IMG/VR virus record: IMGVR_UViG_3300008255_000137
Span: 3,502-67,501 of that record
DNA length: 64,000 nucleotides
DNA from: a virus
Taxonomy: Duplodnaviria > Caudoviricetes
Strand: one strand, 5' to 3'
The first letter of the stretch is position 1. The number at the start of each line of letters is the position of its first letter. Positions 35,650 through 45,531 of the stretch are shown piece by piece. The position numbers and the translations under genes are program-made. The notes under the pieces were generated by a model. The model saw nothing but the letters and a program-made list of their open reading frames with translations, made no database searches and was not told the DNA's origin.

Positions 35650-38183
35650 GAGAAGGATTCTGTTTGTGCTCGAACAAAGATTTCCTCAAGTAATGAATTC
35701 AATAGACCCTCCAGCCATCCTTGAGTGTCTCCTTCCATAGTCACTTTCACTACTAAGCCTTCTTCTGATATTTTCTTTGCCTGAAGAAGAGCTAAATCTG
35801 TTTGTGCCCGAATCATTTCAGTTTGTACTTTAGTAAATTCATTCTGAATTTCAATTTGGGATTCTATGATATCTTTTATATCCCAGTATTTGGAGAATCC
35901 TCCAGAGGTATCTACTCCAGCGAGTATTGCAGTTAAGTCACCCACATTTTCAGTAACTGCCTTGAATGAAGCAGCGGTGGTCTCTGCCAGTACTTGTAAT
36001 CTTTTAGTTCCGGCTTCTATTTCGGCAATTCTTATCTTTGCTGTCCACTCCAACTTTGCTTTTCCCATTTCATGGGTATACTTCAATTTATTTTCAACTA
36101 TTTTTAAATCATGCTCAAACTGTTTCTTTTCAAGAGACAACTCATGCTTTTCTAACTTAGACATTTTCTTTTTTGTTTTATCAACTTCTTTCCCCGCTTC
36201 TCGCATTCCGGCAGAATATTTAAGGGTTCCATCAGCGAGTTTTTCCACATTTATTCCCGTATCATTTAAAGCTATGGACATGCTTAATACTTCTTCATCA
36301 ATTCCCTCAAAGGCATTTCCCATGAAAGCGGAAGCCCCGGAAACTTCCTGAACTGCCTGACTCATATCAGACAACTTGTCTCTGACTGTTCCATAGTAAT
36401 CAGAGTATCTTTTGGCTTCTTCAGCAGAAAGTTTTGTTTCTTCTGATAAAGCTTTGTGTGCGGGGACAAGTTGATTTGCAATTACTTCTGATGTATCGTA
36501 TATAGTTTTAAATACTTTTTCTGTCCACATTTGAGGAACTTCCGAACTAAACGCCCTTGAAATATCCTGATTGGTTCTATCCGCCCAGTAACCAATCCTT
36601 CCTTCCAGATCTTGAATTTGCTTATCAAAATTTCCTATCCAATCAGGAAGAAGATTAAATCCCTCATAAAGGAGTTTAAGTCCTTGTAAAGCAGTATACA
36701 TGAAACTGGAGAATACTGAATCAGCAGTAGATAATCCTCTAATTAATATCTCCCACAGAATCACTAAAGCATCTCTTACAATCACTATAGTCAAGGATAA
36801 TCCGGAGAAAGCTGCATTGAATACTATCAACCAATTTTGTAATTCTTCTCTTTCGTCTGCTCCAGAAACCAACATTTCTATCCATGCCAAACCCCATTTT
36901 CCAACTAATTCTAAATTCTTTGCTAAAAACTCAGATATATTAACCAGCCAATCATAAAATCCTTCTGCATCCCCAAACATTCTAACAAATGCTTCTTCGG
37001 AGGCCTCTTTCAAATTTCTAAAGGCTTCTACAAGAGGACCTCCAATCAGTCCTTCTGATTCCTCCAATTTAGTCAAAGCAGTAATCAGTCCACGAATACC
37101 AGTATTTTCGTCGATTCCCACTAATGAAATTATTTCTGGTAAAAGATCTTCTCCTATTATCTTTTTAAAAACATCCAAAGAACCAGATACTTGTCTCTGC
37201 ACTACATCCCATGTCTTTAATTTTTCAGCCATGGCATCATAGGCCGCAGTAGTTCCTGTCACACTATTTCGATATTTAGTAAAATTCTCTGTTCCTAAAT
37301 TCAAAATGGGAGCAAGAGCCTGAGCACGCACCCCAAACAAATCAACAGCATCTTTTGCAGTTAAAGTCTTTCCTTCAAATAAACCAATAAATTTTGTAAA
37401 GTCCGAAAGACTTTCCTGGACCTGTTTATATGTCAATCCTAATTTTATAAGAACATCTTCTCCGTCTCCTGTTTCCTGATATAACTGAGCAAACATCATC
37501 CGAAGAGAAGTACCCGTCTGAGAGGCTTCCAATCCTCTATCTTTTAACATAGCCAATACTGTGACTACATCCTCCAAAGAGGTGCCAGCTAAAGAGGCAG
37601 CAGGGGCGGCATACTTCAAAGCTTCTATCATATCTCCTACATCCGCTGCGGATTTAAAACTGGATGCCGCAAACAAATTTATTACCCTATCAATTTCTTC
37701 AATTCCCAAACCGAAGGCATTAAGGGTTGTTATGGTTCCTTCGAGAACATTCTGAAGATCTTCCCCAGTCGCTATATGAAGAGTCATGGCCGCATCTGAA
37801 ACGGCTTTTAACTGCTCTTCAGAAGAATAACCAAACTGGGCGATCAACTGAAGGGCTTCTCCAGCAGCCTTTCCCGTTATTGGAAATCGAATAGTCAAAT
37901 CATTTAATACATCATCAATCTGACCAGCAGTAGCCCCAAATTCTCCCGCAACTGCTCTCACATTATAAATTGCATCATGAAAATCAGCGGCGGAGGCTAC
38001 AAAGGTTTTCCCTATATCAAAAGTCAAGTCTGCCAGCTTAACTGATAATGCTACTATTGCTGCTTCAGTAGCAGTCAATACCCCAAGAGCCATTCCCCAA
38101 TGTCCACTAAAGGAAGACATTACTCCACTAAACCGATCAACAGCAGATATAATTACATTTACTTCTTTTTGTATTGCCATCAC
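35634..38183 (-). CDS. Tail tape measure protein (TP901-like core)
   Basis: 849 aa, Ala/Leu helical; ALQLIAQFG, FAASSFKSAADV..ALKYAAPAA, GLEASQTGTSLR. Confidence 0.92.
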   Translation of the reverse strand: MMAIQKEVNVIISAVDRFSGVMSSFSGHWGMALGVLTATEAAIVALSVKLADLTFDIGKTFVASAADFHDAIYNVRAVAGEFGATAGQIDDVLNDLTIRFPITGKAAGEALQLIAQFGYSSEEQLKAVSDAAMTLHIATGEDLQNVLEGTITTLNAFGLGIEEIDRVINLFAASSFKSAADVGDMIEALKYAAPAASLAGTSLEDVVTVLAMLKDRGLEASQTGTSLRMMFAQLYQETGDGEDVLIKLGLTYKQVQESLSDFTKFIGLFEGKTLTAKDAVDLFGVRAQALAPILNLGTENFTKYRNSVTGTTAAYDAMAEKLKTWDVVQRQVSGSLDVFKKIIGEDLLPEIISLVGIDENTGIRGLITALTKLEESEGLIGGPLVEAFRNLKEASEEAFVRMFGDAEGFYDWLVNISEFLAKNLELVGKWGLAWIEMLVSGADEREELQNWLIVFNAAFSGLSLTIVIVRDALVILWEILIRGLSTADSVFSSFMYTALQGLKLLYEGFNLLPDWIGNFDKQIQDLEGRIGYWADRTNQDISRAFSSEVPQMWTEKVFKTIYDTSEVIANQLVPAHKALSEETKLSAEEAKRYSDYYGTVRDKLSDMSQAVQEVSGASAFMGNAFEGIDEEVLSMSIALNDTGINVEKLADGTLKYSAGMREAGKEVDKTKKKMSKLEKHELSLEKKQFEHDLKIVENKLKYTHEMGKAKLEWTAKIRIAEIEAGTKRLQVLAETTAASFKAVTENVGDLTAILAGVDTSGGFSKYWDIKDIIESQIEIQNEFTKVQTEMIRAQTDLALLQAKKISEEGLVVKVTMEGDTQGWLEGLLNSLLEEIFVRAQTESFSCFGV

Positions 38184-38626
38184 TCCTCCTTGTATGGGAG
38201 GGCTGTCAACTCAACTATTTCAGCCACCACTTTATTTATCACTCCAGGAGCTACTTCGGATATTCTGACTACTTCCTCCATGGTGAATGCGGGTTCCAGA
38301 ACACATCTTTGAAAAAGAGTCAATTCAAAAACGACCACTTCAGATATTTCAGGATTAACATACAAGTGGGCAAGTTGGGAGATCTCTTCAAACAAGTATC
38401 CCCTTTTCATTTTCATGATGAGAGATTGCATGAATAAATAGGGCTGTTTCTTTAATTCATTTGCTCGTAAGTGATCTTCAAGAGAAGCCCCTCTAATCTT
38501 GATCAAGCATTCCTCTTCCGGGAGTCCCACTAAACCGGCAAGTTCCGGCACGTGAATATATTTTTCTTTTCTAAAAGAATCAATTTTCTGAATGAGTAGA
38601 TTTTTATCAACTATTTTCTCTTCCAT
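38180..38626 (-). CDS. Second tail assembly chaperone-like protein (paralog of 38868..39323)
   Basis: MEEKIVDK..VPELAGLVGL versus MEEIIVTK..VPELNEMMGL. Confidence 0.6.
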   Translation of the reverse strand: MEEKIVDKNLLIQKIDSFRKEKYIHVPELAGLVGLPEEECLIKIRGASLEDHLRANELKKQPYLFMQSLIMKMKRGYLFEEISQLAHLYVNPEISEVVVFELTLFQRCVLEPAFTMEEVVRISEVAPGVINKVVAEIVELTALPYKEE

Positions 38627-38871
38627 GACTCCATCTTTCTCTTTTGTTCTGATTTCGCCTGAATTATCTTGTCCTTCAACTCCCCCAAAGAATAAAGCTC
38701 ATACTCAATATCATATCGAATAGCCGATTGAAGCATTCCATAGACCATCCAGTACTGTATCTCATCAAGAGTTAAACAATCTCCAAAATAATCTGGCAAA
38801 ATTTCATAAACAAACCTTCCTTTGTCCACACATAAAGAAAATACTGAAAACAACAAAGGATCATTTATCAT
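38611..38871 (-). CDS. Tail chaperone gpT-like segment (-1 frame)
   Basis: Open in the -1 frame from the A-run at 38881-38889. Confidence 0.6.
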   Translation of the reverse strand: MINDPLLFSVFSLCVDKGRFVYEILPDYFGDCLTLDEIQYWMVYGMLQSAIRYDIEYELYSLGELKDKIIQAKSEQKRKMESWKRK

Positions 38872-39323
38872 TCTTGAGAATTTTTTTTTAAGTCTGCTCC
38901 CTTCTCCGTCAAATAGATGATTCTCTCCACCAATCGATTTATCACCATCGGAAATTTATCACATAGAAAAATAACGTCTGATCTTTTTAATTGTGGGTTT
39001 TTAACTCCATTCAACACAATCTCAATTCGATAAAGAACCTCTGGGGACTTTTCTTTCCAAGCTTTCTTTACTTCCTCCTCAACTTCTTCTTTCTTTACAG
39101 AGGCGGCCAGAATTCCTTCCACCAAGTTTTTCACTCGGTCATTTATTTCTGCTCTTGCAGATAAATAAGTAGATAAGGACAACTGCTGTACTTCAAAAAC
39201 AGCCACTTGATCATTAACCAGTCCCATCATTTCATTTAATTCGGGCACTCGAACTTTTTCTGTTCTCTCTGCGTACTCACCTCTTTTATCAAAAGAGGTT
39301 TTAGTTACAATGATTTCTTCCAT
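38868..39323 (-). CDS. Tail assembly chaperone (gpG-like)
   Basis: Between tail tube and TMP; slippery 3' end. Confidence 0.75.
   Translation of the reverse strand: MEEIIVTKTSFDKRGEYAERTEKVRVPELNEMMGLVNDQVAVFEVQQLSLSTYLSARAEINDRVKNLVEGILAASVKKEEVEEEVKKAWKEKSPEVLYRIEIVLNGVKNPQLKRSDVIFLCDKFPMVINRLVERIIYLTEKGADLKKNSQE
38881..38892 (-). promoter_or_regulatory. Putative -1 ribosomal frameshift slippery site
   Basis: C TTA AAA AAA AAT near the chaperone stop; the -1 frame reads KKKFSR directly into the next ORF. Confidence 0.65.
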
Positions 39324-39343
39324 AAAGTTTTCTTTCTTTAATA

Positions 39344-39364
39344 GCGGGGGAATTTCACCCCCGC
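39344..39364. terminator. GC-rich hairpin after the major tail gene (terminator or attenuator-like)
   Basis: GCGGGGG-7nt-CCCCCGC; the U-tract is weak on the minus strand and better on the plus strand. Confidence 0.5.
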
Positions 39365-39373
39365 CATTTTGTT

Positions 39374-40414
39374 TTAAGAGGTTTTATCGTACAACTCACC
39401 GCTTCCATCAACAGTGACAGCGGCATCCATATTTCCTTCCACTGGCACAGTTCGATTTACTTTGATAATCCCTCGTCCCACCCAGTGGGCGGTCTCATCT
39501 CTGTCCGGATACAGTTTCACCCACCTCTTGGTGTTTTTGATCAAAGTCAAAATGTCATTGACCTTTGTCCAAAATGCAGATCCAGACATTGACCAACTCG
39601 GAGTAGACAAAGCCTTTTCCTCATAGGTATCCCCATAGGCTTTGGAGTTGATAGTTGCAATATCATCCGTAAAACCAAAATCCTTTGTCTCAGAAAGCTC
39701 CTCAAAGGAGGCTGAATAATAGGATGCATAGACATTTCGTGCATTGGTTCCTGCAGCGGCATCCCCAGGTTCCGCGTGAATCAAAGGAAGTGCGGAAGCA
39801 AACTCCACCAGACCGCAATTCTCGGTTTCATTATGATAGTGAAGTTTATAGGAAGGAATGATGGTCCTTTCTTTCGTTTCATTGTCAATTTCAGAAGTCA
39901 GAACCGTGTCCTCTCCTGAGGCACTCCCTGTATAATAGGTCATGTTGATATAACCGATCAAAACCTCATCAATGGGAAGATAAGGCTGGCCTCCGGCTGC
40001 TCCTCTGCTTCCTCCCGCTGATCCCTCAATTCCCTCTGTTTTGTTGATATTACCATCTGCATCCACAGTTAAAGCAATAACCAGAACATTGCCACTCACC
40101 ATGGGTCTCACCAACCCAGTCACCGTGGTTGCAATCACAGAAACTTCTTCTCCCTTGATGTAAACTTCTCCTGCACTTACATCAACGGAGTTATTGGCAG
40201 ATCCGGCAGTAATGGTGAAACCACTAATCACCCCATCCAATCGGATATCCGGCTGAAGATTATCTTGATCGGACACATACTGCGCCCCTGCCAGTTTATA
40301 TTTTTTACGCACATCAGCAGCCGGACTGGACACAGAACTAATGGCCGCCATTGCATAAAAAGTGGTTCCTACTTCAACTTCCACTTTTGCATCTTTACCT
40401 GTTTTTCTTGCCAT
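39374..40414 (-). CDS. Major tail tube protein with a large inserted domain
   Basis: MARKTGKDAKVEV N-terminus and a tube-like C-terminal ~110 aa (WSMSGSAFW..WVGRGII..AVTVDGSGEL). Confidence 0.8.
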   Translation of the reverse strand: MARKTGKDAKVEVEVGTTFYAMAAISSVSSPAADVRKKYKLAGAQYVSDQDNLQPDIRLDGVISGFTITAGSANNSVDVSAGEVYIKGEEVSVIATTVTGLVRPMVSGNVLVIALTVDADGNINKTEGIEGSAGGSRGAAGGQPYLPIDEVLIGYINMTYYTGSASGEDTVLTSEIDNETKERTIIPSYKLHYHNETENCGLVEFASALPLIHAEPGDAAAGTNARNVYASYYSASFEELSETKDFGFTDDIATINSKAYGDTYEEKALSTPSWSMSGSAFWTKVNDILTLIKNTKRWVKLYPDRDETAHWVGRGIIKVNRTVPVEGNMDAAVTVDGSGELYDKTS

Positions 40415-40429
40415 TTTAAAATAGCCTCC

Positions 40430-41254
40430 TTATTCCAACATCACTTCTTCTCGAATGGTTAGATCCAGAATTCTGTACCTAACTGGAAATAAATTGTTAA
40501 ATGGTTCTACTGGTCCCAGCTTGATTGACACAATTTTCTTTCCTCTTGTCTCTGTAGGACTATCAAATCCTAAGAGTTCTGAACAGTCGTTACTGGCTCC
40601 TGCTGTCACGACCACAGATGAAGTCGGACCTTCCGTTTCCGACTTGATTGTGAATTTCCTTGTACTTGAAGAAAACTCACAGGTAGCTTGCCCATAACCA
40701 TCATCGTCATGGGCAGACAAGGCTCTCAAAGCCGTCTGTATATTAGAAGCTATTTGGGCTCCTGTAAGAGAACTGGAGCCGCAATCAATAGCATTCCATC
40801 CTGTTCTTTCTTTTCCATCTATTTTGACTGACAAATATCTTTCCGAAGCAGACAAAATAAATGTTGATAGAGAATTAGCTTGAGAAACTGATTGTCCTTG
40901 AGTATCATATCCCAAAGTTAAATCTGACAGAATTGCGATACGAATATCATCTATAAAATCCAGGGTGCCTTTATCCGTTCCACTGCCAACAATAGAGCCC
41001 TCTACTCCTGCTTTCATCAAAACCAACCGGGCATATACTTTTATATTGTAAATGAACTCAGCATATCTTCCAGAAGGTCCTGTAGATTCATTCTCAATGG
41101 ACTCAATTCCGGGCTCCAAAATTAAAACATACTTCTCTGCTGGAATTGGATCTTTAAATCCAATGAGAAAATTGGCTGATTTTACATAGGATATCAAAGT
41201 TGAGTCTGCTTTTAACTGAGTTTCTAATGCCTGTAAAACTGTTTTAAATGACAT
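40430..41254 (-). CDS. Tail terminator-like protein with an inserted domain
   Basis: Just before the tail tube gene; LQALETQLKAD..FIDDIRIAI; insert AQIASNIQTAL..FTIKSETEG..ELLGF. Confidence 0.6.
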   Translation of the reverse strand: MSFKTVLQALETQLKADSTLISYVKSANFLIGFKDPIPAEKYVLILEPGIESIENESTGPSGRYAEFIYNIKVYARLVLMKAGVEGSIVGSGTDKGTLDFIDDIRIAILSDLTLGYDTQGQSVSQANSLSTFILSASERYLSVKIDGKERTGWNAIDCGSSSLTGAQIASNIQTALRALSAHDDDGYGQATCEFSSSTRKFTIKSETEGPTSSVVVTAGASNDCSELLGFDSPTETRGKKIVSIKLGPVEPFNNLFPVRYRILDLTIREEVMLE

Positions 41255-41266
41255 TTTCTTTCCTTA

Positions 41267-41836
41267 TCATAATAGACTTTGTTCAATATTACTTTCAAGA
41301 AGCTTTCCAAAAACTTCTTCTATTTTACTGGCATCTTTTTCATTTATTCCTAAATGAGGTCTTGCAGGGACATCCAAATAAAAGACTTTATCTTTTCCAC
41401 CAGTGGTAGAATTCAATACCAAAGTAGACTCTCCCCCATAAAAATGTAACTGGGCGCGCTCTTCTGATTCCTTATCATAGAATATTACTGCTCTTTTCAG
41501 TACAGATTGAACTTCATGAACAAGAGAATTTTTCATTTTCTTCTTTGAAGTTTTTGCCAACTTGTACTTACCTGCATAAGGACCACCTTTGATCTTTTCA
41601 GAAATCGGTCCGGTAAGAACTGTGTCTTGTCCCTTAATTTCTGTCCACATTTCAGAGTTGGGGGTCCAGGGCGTTTCATCAGGAGATACCTGCTCCTGAT
41701 ATCTTCTCTTGGTCTCGATTAAAACAATTTGCACGGCATCATTCAAGGCCCGATCATAGTAAGCATCTGATCTTGCACTCATCTTAGCCAAGCCAGATTG
41801 AATTGCATTGAATTCTGAAAAGTTTATTTTTATCAT
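41267..41836 (-). CDS. Virion morphogenesis / tail completion protein (Mu gpG / P2 gpS-like)
   Basis: RYQEQVSPDETPWTP..AQLHFYGG..VPARPHLGI. Confidence 0.8.
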   Translation of the reverse strand: MIKINFSEFNAIQSGLAKMSARSDAYYDRALNDAVQIVLIETKRRYQEQVSPDETPWTPNSEMWTEIKGQDTVLTGPISEKIKGGPYAGKYKLAKTSKKKMKNSLVHEVQSVLKRAVIFYDKESEERAQLHFYGGESTLVLNSTTGGKDKVFYLDVPARPHLGINEKDASKIEEVFGKLLESNIEQSLL

Positions 41837-42546
41837 CCTCTTATTATCGATCCTTCTCTTTGCCGAAAATAACTGGCAGAGTAAACTCGAATTGTAAATC
41901 GATCATACTGAACAAAATCAATTGCTCCATCATTTATAGTAAAATAAATTGGATACTCTTCATAATTTCTGGAAGACAATACCAATCCATAGTCTGCAAC
42001 TCCTTGACTGCTCCACTCCTTTTCAGGATAGGCTTCATCCACTTCTACATTGGGCAAAGAACCTGTTATACCTCCTCTTACAGAAAATTGACTGGAGTTT
42101 AGAGCAGTCAAAGTCCACACTTCTGTTTTAGTAAATAAATTATTTACTGAGATTCCTGATACAGTTCCATTCCCTGTATTTTGAGAATTGGCAGAAGCTG
42201 CTTCATAGGAGGCATCGAACCGAAGATTCTGAAGAGCTTCCATAGCCCTTTCTTTATACTTCTCAGTCCAGTCGGAAATACTGGAATTCTCTGTAGCAAA
42301 AGTTCCCGTCATCAAATCCGAAATAACCAGATCAATTTCAACTTGCTTTAGAGCAGAAATGTGAGTAGCAGGGATAAGAGTCCTTCCTCTAAGAAATCGA
42401 TCATTAATAAAATTGTAGGCTCTTTCTCTTGCAGAATCCTTTCTGGAAGTTTTTGAGGATTTACTTAACGAAGAATCCAAAAGATCATCCACGGACTTTC
42501 CATTATCTAACACAAGATCGGTATTTGTACAATAAGTAGTTCCCAT
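41833..42546 (-). CDS. Head-tail adaptor (Mu gp36-like) with a C-terminal extra domain
   Basis: YCTNTDL..AYNFINDRFLRG..KERAMEALQNL; extension GNGT..FTINDGAIDFVQYDRFTI. Confidence 0.7.
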   Translation of the reverse strand: MGTTYCTNTDLVLDNGKSVDDLLDSSLSKSSKTSRKDSARERAYNFINDRFLRGRTLIPATHISALKQVEIDLVISDLMTGTFATENSSISDWTEKYKERAMEALQNLRFDASYEAASANSQNTGNGTVSGISVNNLFTKTEVWTLTALNSSQFSVRGGITGSLPNVEVDEAYPEKEWSSQGVADYGLVLSSRNYEEYPIYFTINDGAIDFVQYDRFTIRVYSASYFRQREGSIIRG

Positions 42547-42547
42547 C

Positions 42548-42709
42548 TTATTCTCCAGATATTTGTTTTCTTGAAATAGTTTCTAAGTATTTATTCCATT
42601 TTTCTTCATTTTGTCTCGCTTCCTCGTCTCCATATAGTAAATCTTTTACTCTTGCAAAAGAGATCGCCCACTCAATAATTTTGATCATCTCGGCTTTATC
42701 GATTTCCAT
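42548..42709 (-). CDS. Small hypothetical protein (53 aa; not in ORF track)
   Basis: MEIDKAEMIKIIEWAISFARVKDLL...; GGAGG RBS. Confidence 0.45.
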   Translation of the reverse strand: MEIDKAEMIKIIEWAISFARVKDLLYGDEEARQNEEKWNKYLETISRKQISGE

Positions 42710-42710
42710 C

Positions 42711-44147
42711 TTACCTCCTTACATAAAGAACGCAATCAGGACTAATGCCATTCGGTCTGGCCATAGATGGATTCCCATTGAATTGCTTGGTTTCGTTTCC
42801 GCCATCTCCGGTTCGGCAATCCATCCAACTGAGGGTATACTCCCCCTCGAATTTATAGTTGACTCCCATAGAACCGGTTAACGATGTCCAGAGCAACCAG
42901 GAATCGGCCAGAGGATTTTTCATGATGTATTCAGTAGCTCCGGCTTTGAGCGGGTCCATGTTCACCATTTGTCGATAATCCGGGATGCTGTTGATAAAGT
43001 TGGCTTGGACCCTCAGATATTTAAAATCCAGATCCTCCATCCCCGCTTCGTTGCCCCATCGACCACGCAGATAAACCATGACATCCGCACCAGCCATTGC
43101 GCAGGCCCAGTTTTTTCGCATCATGGTTCCGCCCACTCCGTAGGCTTCAAGTGGATTGTTGGGCTCCGTGGATTCACCGAGCATGATGGAGTAGCGGCCC
43201 CTTGCCTCAAGCATGGCGTTGACCATAGCGGTATGCAGCGTATTTCTATCCGCATCGATTAACTGCACGCAGAACTCCTTAATGTAAGGATCGTTCCCGA
43301 AATCAAAAGAAATTCCAGAATGTTGATGAATCGCAATTCTGTGGCGGCCCTGGTCATAGGTATGCAACCGCTTGGCAATCTCACTTGCTCTGGCTCTGTT
43401 CATGGCCTCTGAGTATTCTTCTTCCACACACCAGATAAGGCGTGGGATATGCCCAAGCAAGTCAACCAACTGATGAATGTACTGATCCTCTGCCGCCGTT
43501 ACCGTGTCATGGCTCCCGAAAGGCTGGGATGAATCGTCATAGAGAAACAGATAGGCCCAGATACCGTGGGTGTTCATTTTCTCGCAAAAGGCTTTAATGT
43601 CCGCCGCTCTGCTCGGAGATAACCCTTGATTCGGATCGCCGTTCTTAAACGGGTTCCCTTCAGGCGTATCGCCTCCATGAGCACAGGAGACAATCAGGTA
43701 AATGCAATTTCCGCCATGGTTGATGATCTGGTTAAGAATCTGTTGCCGGTCAGCCCGGTAGAACAGATTTTCAGGATCTCCCCAACCGCATAGATACTCT
43801 CTTGTTGCTGGTGGAGGCGGTGGAGGAGGCTGAGGTGGTGCAATCTCCGGGCAAGCCTGTCGGCCCTCTGCAAAGCCCCAGTCCCTGAAGTGCTGAAATG
43901 GATTGTCTTTATAAAGCTCCGATCCTGCAACATCGGGATAGGCTGTCAGATATTTGTCGGAGCAGAATGTCGCCTCATCCGGGAACGGAAGAACTTCCCG
44001 TTTTTCCCATATGCCATAGGTTACATAATGCTCCCAAGCCCAATCATTCGGCAAGGAGTTGGCCGCAATATGCTGTGCTACATCCGGGTATTTTGTCAGA
44101 TACCACTGGACGTTAAATTGCTTTGGTATCGGTGGTAGATAAGCCAT
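42711..44147 (-). CDS. Glycoside hydrolase-like TIM-barrel protein with two N-terminal YLxxYPDVA repeats and a Pro linker
   Basis: WYLTKYPDVA..EHYVTYG and KYLTAYPDVA..QHFRDWG; PPQPPPPPPP; LIWCVEEEYSE (GH-A-like acid/base position); C-terminal beta domain. Confidence 0.6.
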   Translation of the reverse strand: MAYLPPIPKQFNVQWYLTKYPDVAQHIAANSLPNDWAWEHYVTYGIWEKREVLPFPDEATFCSDKYLTAYPDVAGSELYKDNPFQHFRDWGFAEGRQACPEIAPPQPPPPPPPATREYLCGWGDPENLFYRADRQQILNQIINHGGNCIYLIVSCAHGGDTPEGNPFKNGDPNQGLSPSRAADIKAFCEKMNTHGIWAYLFLYDDSSQPFGSHDTVTAAEDQYIHQLVDLLGHIPRLIWCVEEEYSEAMNRARASEIAKRLHTYDQGRHRIAIHQHSGISFDFGNDPYIKEFCVQLIDADRNTLHTAMVNAMLEARGRYSIMLGESTEPNNPLEAYGVGGTMMRKNWACAMAGADVMVYLRGRWGNEAGMEDLDFKYLRVQANFINSIPDYRQMVNMDPLKAGATEYIMKNPLADSWLLWTSLTGSMGVNYKFEGEYTLSWMDCRTGDGGNETKQFNGNPSMARPNGISPDCVLYVRR

Positions 44148-44329
44148 TTAATCCTCCTTTTTAAATGCCCCTCACCAGGACTTCTAAACTTCTACACCAA
44201 TCCCGGATTTCGCGCAGCCTCTGCCCTGCGCTCGTACCCTGCCGAGGGTGAAAATCCATCCGGGCACTGATAGCGTCGGCAGATACTATCAGGGGTGATC
44301 GGCTATGCCTGTTTCTCAGGGGCACAGTT

Positions 44330-44977
44330 TTACTCCTCCGCATAAATCCTGTAATCAATTCTCAGGTTCCCGGAAAGATCCGGTATATTCATTGCCTGTC
44401 GGTCTCCTGCCGGAAAATCCAGCGCACGATAAAAGGATTGATAAACGACTCCAATCTGGTCGTCTTTGTTCCGAAGAAGCTCGTCAGCCACTTTGCCCAG
44501 AACAAACTTACCGATGGCAATAGAAAGAGTGACCGTCGGATTCACCGCAAAGCTGGCAAGTTTTGCGATGTTCAGCAGGAAGGTATCAAACTCCGGGTCG
44601 TTGATATAAGACGATATGACATTTCCCATCTCTCTTACACCGGCATCGCTTTCTACGAGGATCATCTGCCAGTTGAACGAGTCGATCTTCTTGCGTGTCG
44701 TCCAGAGCGAATAGCCACTGTCACCAAAGATCATCTCATGGCCGTTTTTAATGTGATCCACCTGCATCAAAGTCTTTGCAGATAAGATATCACTGGCAGC
44801 AGCCCTAAGAAGACCGAGTTTGGCCTTGTCGTCGTTCTCGTTGAAATAAGCATCCAGCACCGGCAAGGGGTCGTCTTCAGAGGTTACAAACGACAGCAGC
44901 TTTACTTCTCCACTGCCGAACAACTCCCGGTTGTCGATGATCTTGATCCGCTTGATTCGCAATGTCAGGAAGGACAT
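44330..44977 (-). CDS. Hypothetical protein (C2-like N-terminus)
   Basis: 215-aa ORF with GGAGG RBS; higher GC than flanks. Confidence 0.6.
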   Translation of the reverse strand: MSFLTLRIKRIKIIDNRELFGSGEVKLLSFVTSEDDPLPVLDAYFNENDDKAKLGLLRAAASDILSAKTLMQVDHIKNGHEMIFGDSGYSLWTTRKKIDSFNWQMILVESDAGVREMGNVISSYINDPEFDTFLLNIAKLASFAVNPTVTLSIAIGKFVLGKVADELLRNKDDQIGVVYQSFYRALDFPAGDRQAMNIPDLSGNLRIDYRIYAEE

Positions 44978-44986
44978 AAGACCTCC

Positions 44987-45286
44987 TTACGGGGTGTAAT
45001 CCAAAAATTTGTCCAGCTCGACAATCAACCATTCTGGGGCTTTCATTATAAGCATTTTCCGGCCCCAATGAGCATAATTCCATTCCATGGCCACCATAGC
45101 CTCACTCGCATCGGCATCGCTCATGTTGGCGAGATCATCCAGTGCCGGAATAGCATAAGGCTCCCATGTATCTGGCATTATTTGTAGAATGTATCCTTTG
45201 AAGAACGGATAAAGAGTTTTAAACAGTTGAAATACTTGAACATCCCCCATGCCAAGAACTTTTTCTTTAAGTGGATTTCTTTCCAT
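44987..45286 (-). CDS. Hypothetical protein
   Basis: 99-aa ORF with RBS. Confidence 0.55.
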   Translation of the reverse strand: MERNPLKEKVLGMGDVQVFQLFKTLYPFFKGYILQIMPDTWEPYAIPALDDLANMSDADASEAMVAMEWNYAHWGRKMLIMKAPEWLIVELDKFLDYTP

Positions 45287-45301
45287 TGCCCTACTCCTTT
45301 T

Positions 45302-45514
45302 TTAGATTATTTTTAACCACACCAAAATCCCGTAAATACCTACGAGGATCAAGGCTCCTGCACTCATGATTATTTTGCCGATTCTATTTCTCATTCGGCC
45401 GCGACATGTAAACCATTTCAGCGCACCCGTATCCTTTGCCATTATCCATATATAAATGTCTCCCCTCATGGCCTTTAGGTTTATTGCATATAGCAACCAC
45501 TGCGCCATCACCAC
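45302..45514 (-). CDS. Small membrane protein
   Basis: C-terminal hydrophobic helix. Confidence 0.45.
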   Translation of the reverse strand: MVMAQWLLYAINLKAMRGDIYIWIMAKDTGALKWFTCRGRMRNRIGKIIMSAGALILVGIYGILVWLKII

Positions 45515-45531
45515 CGATACGGAGTTCTGAG

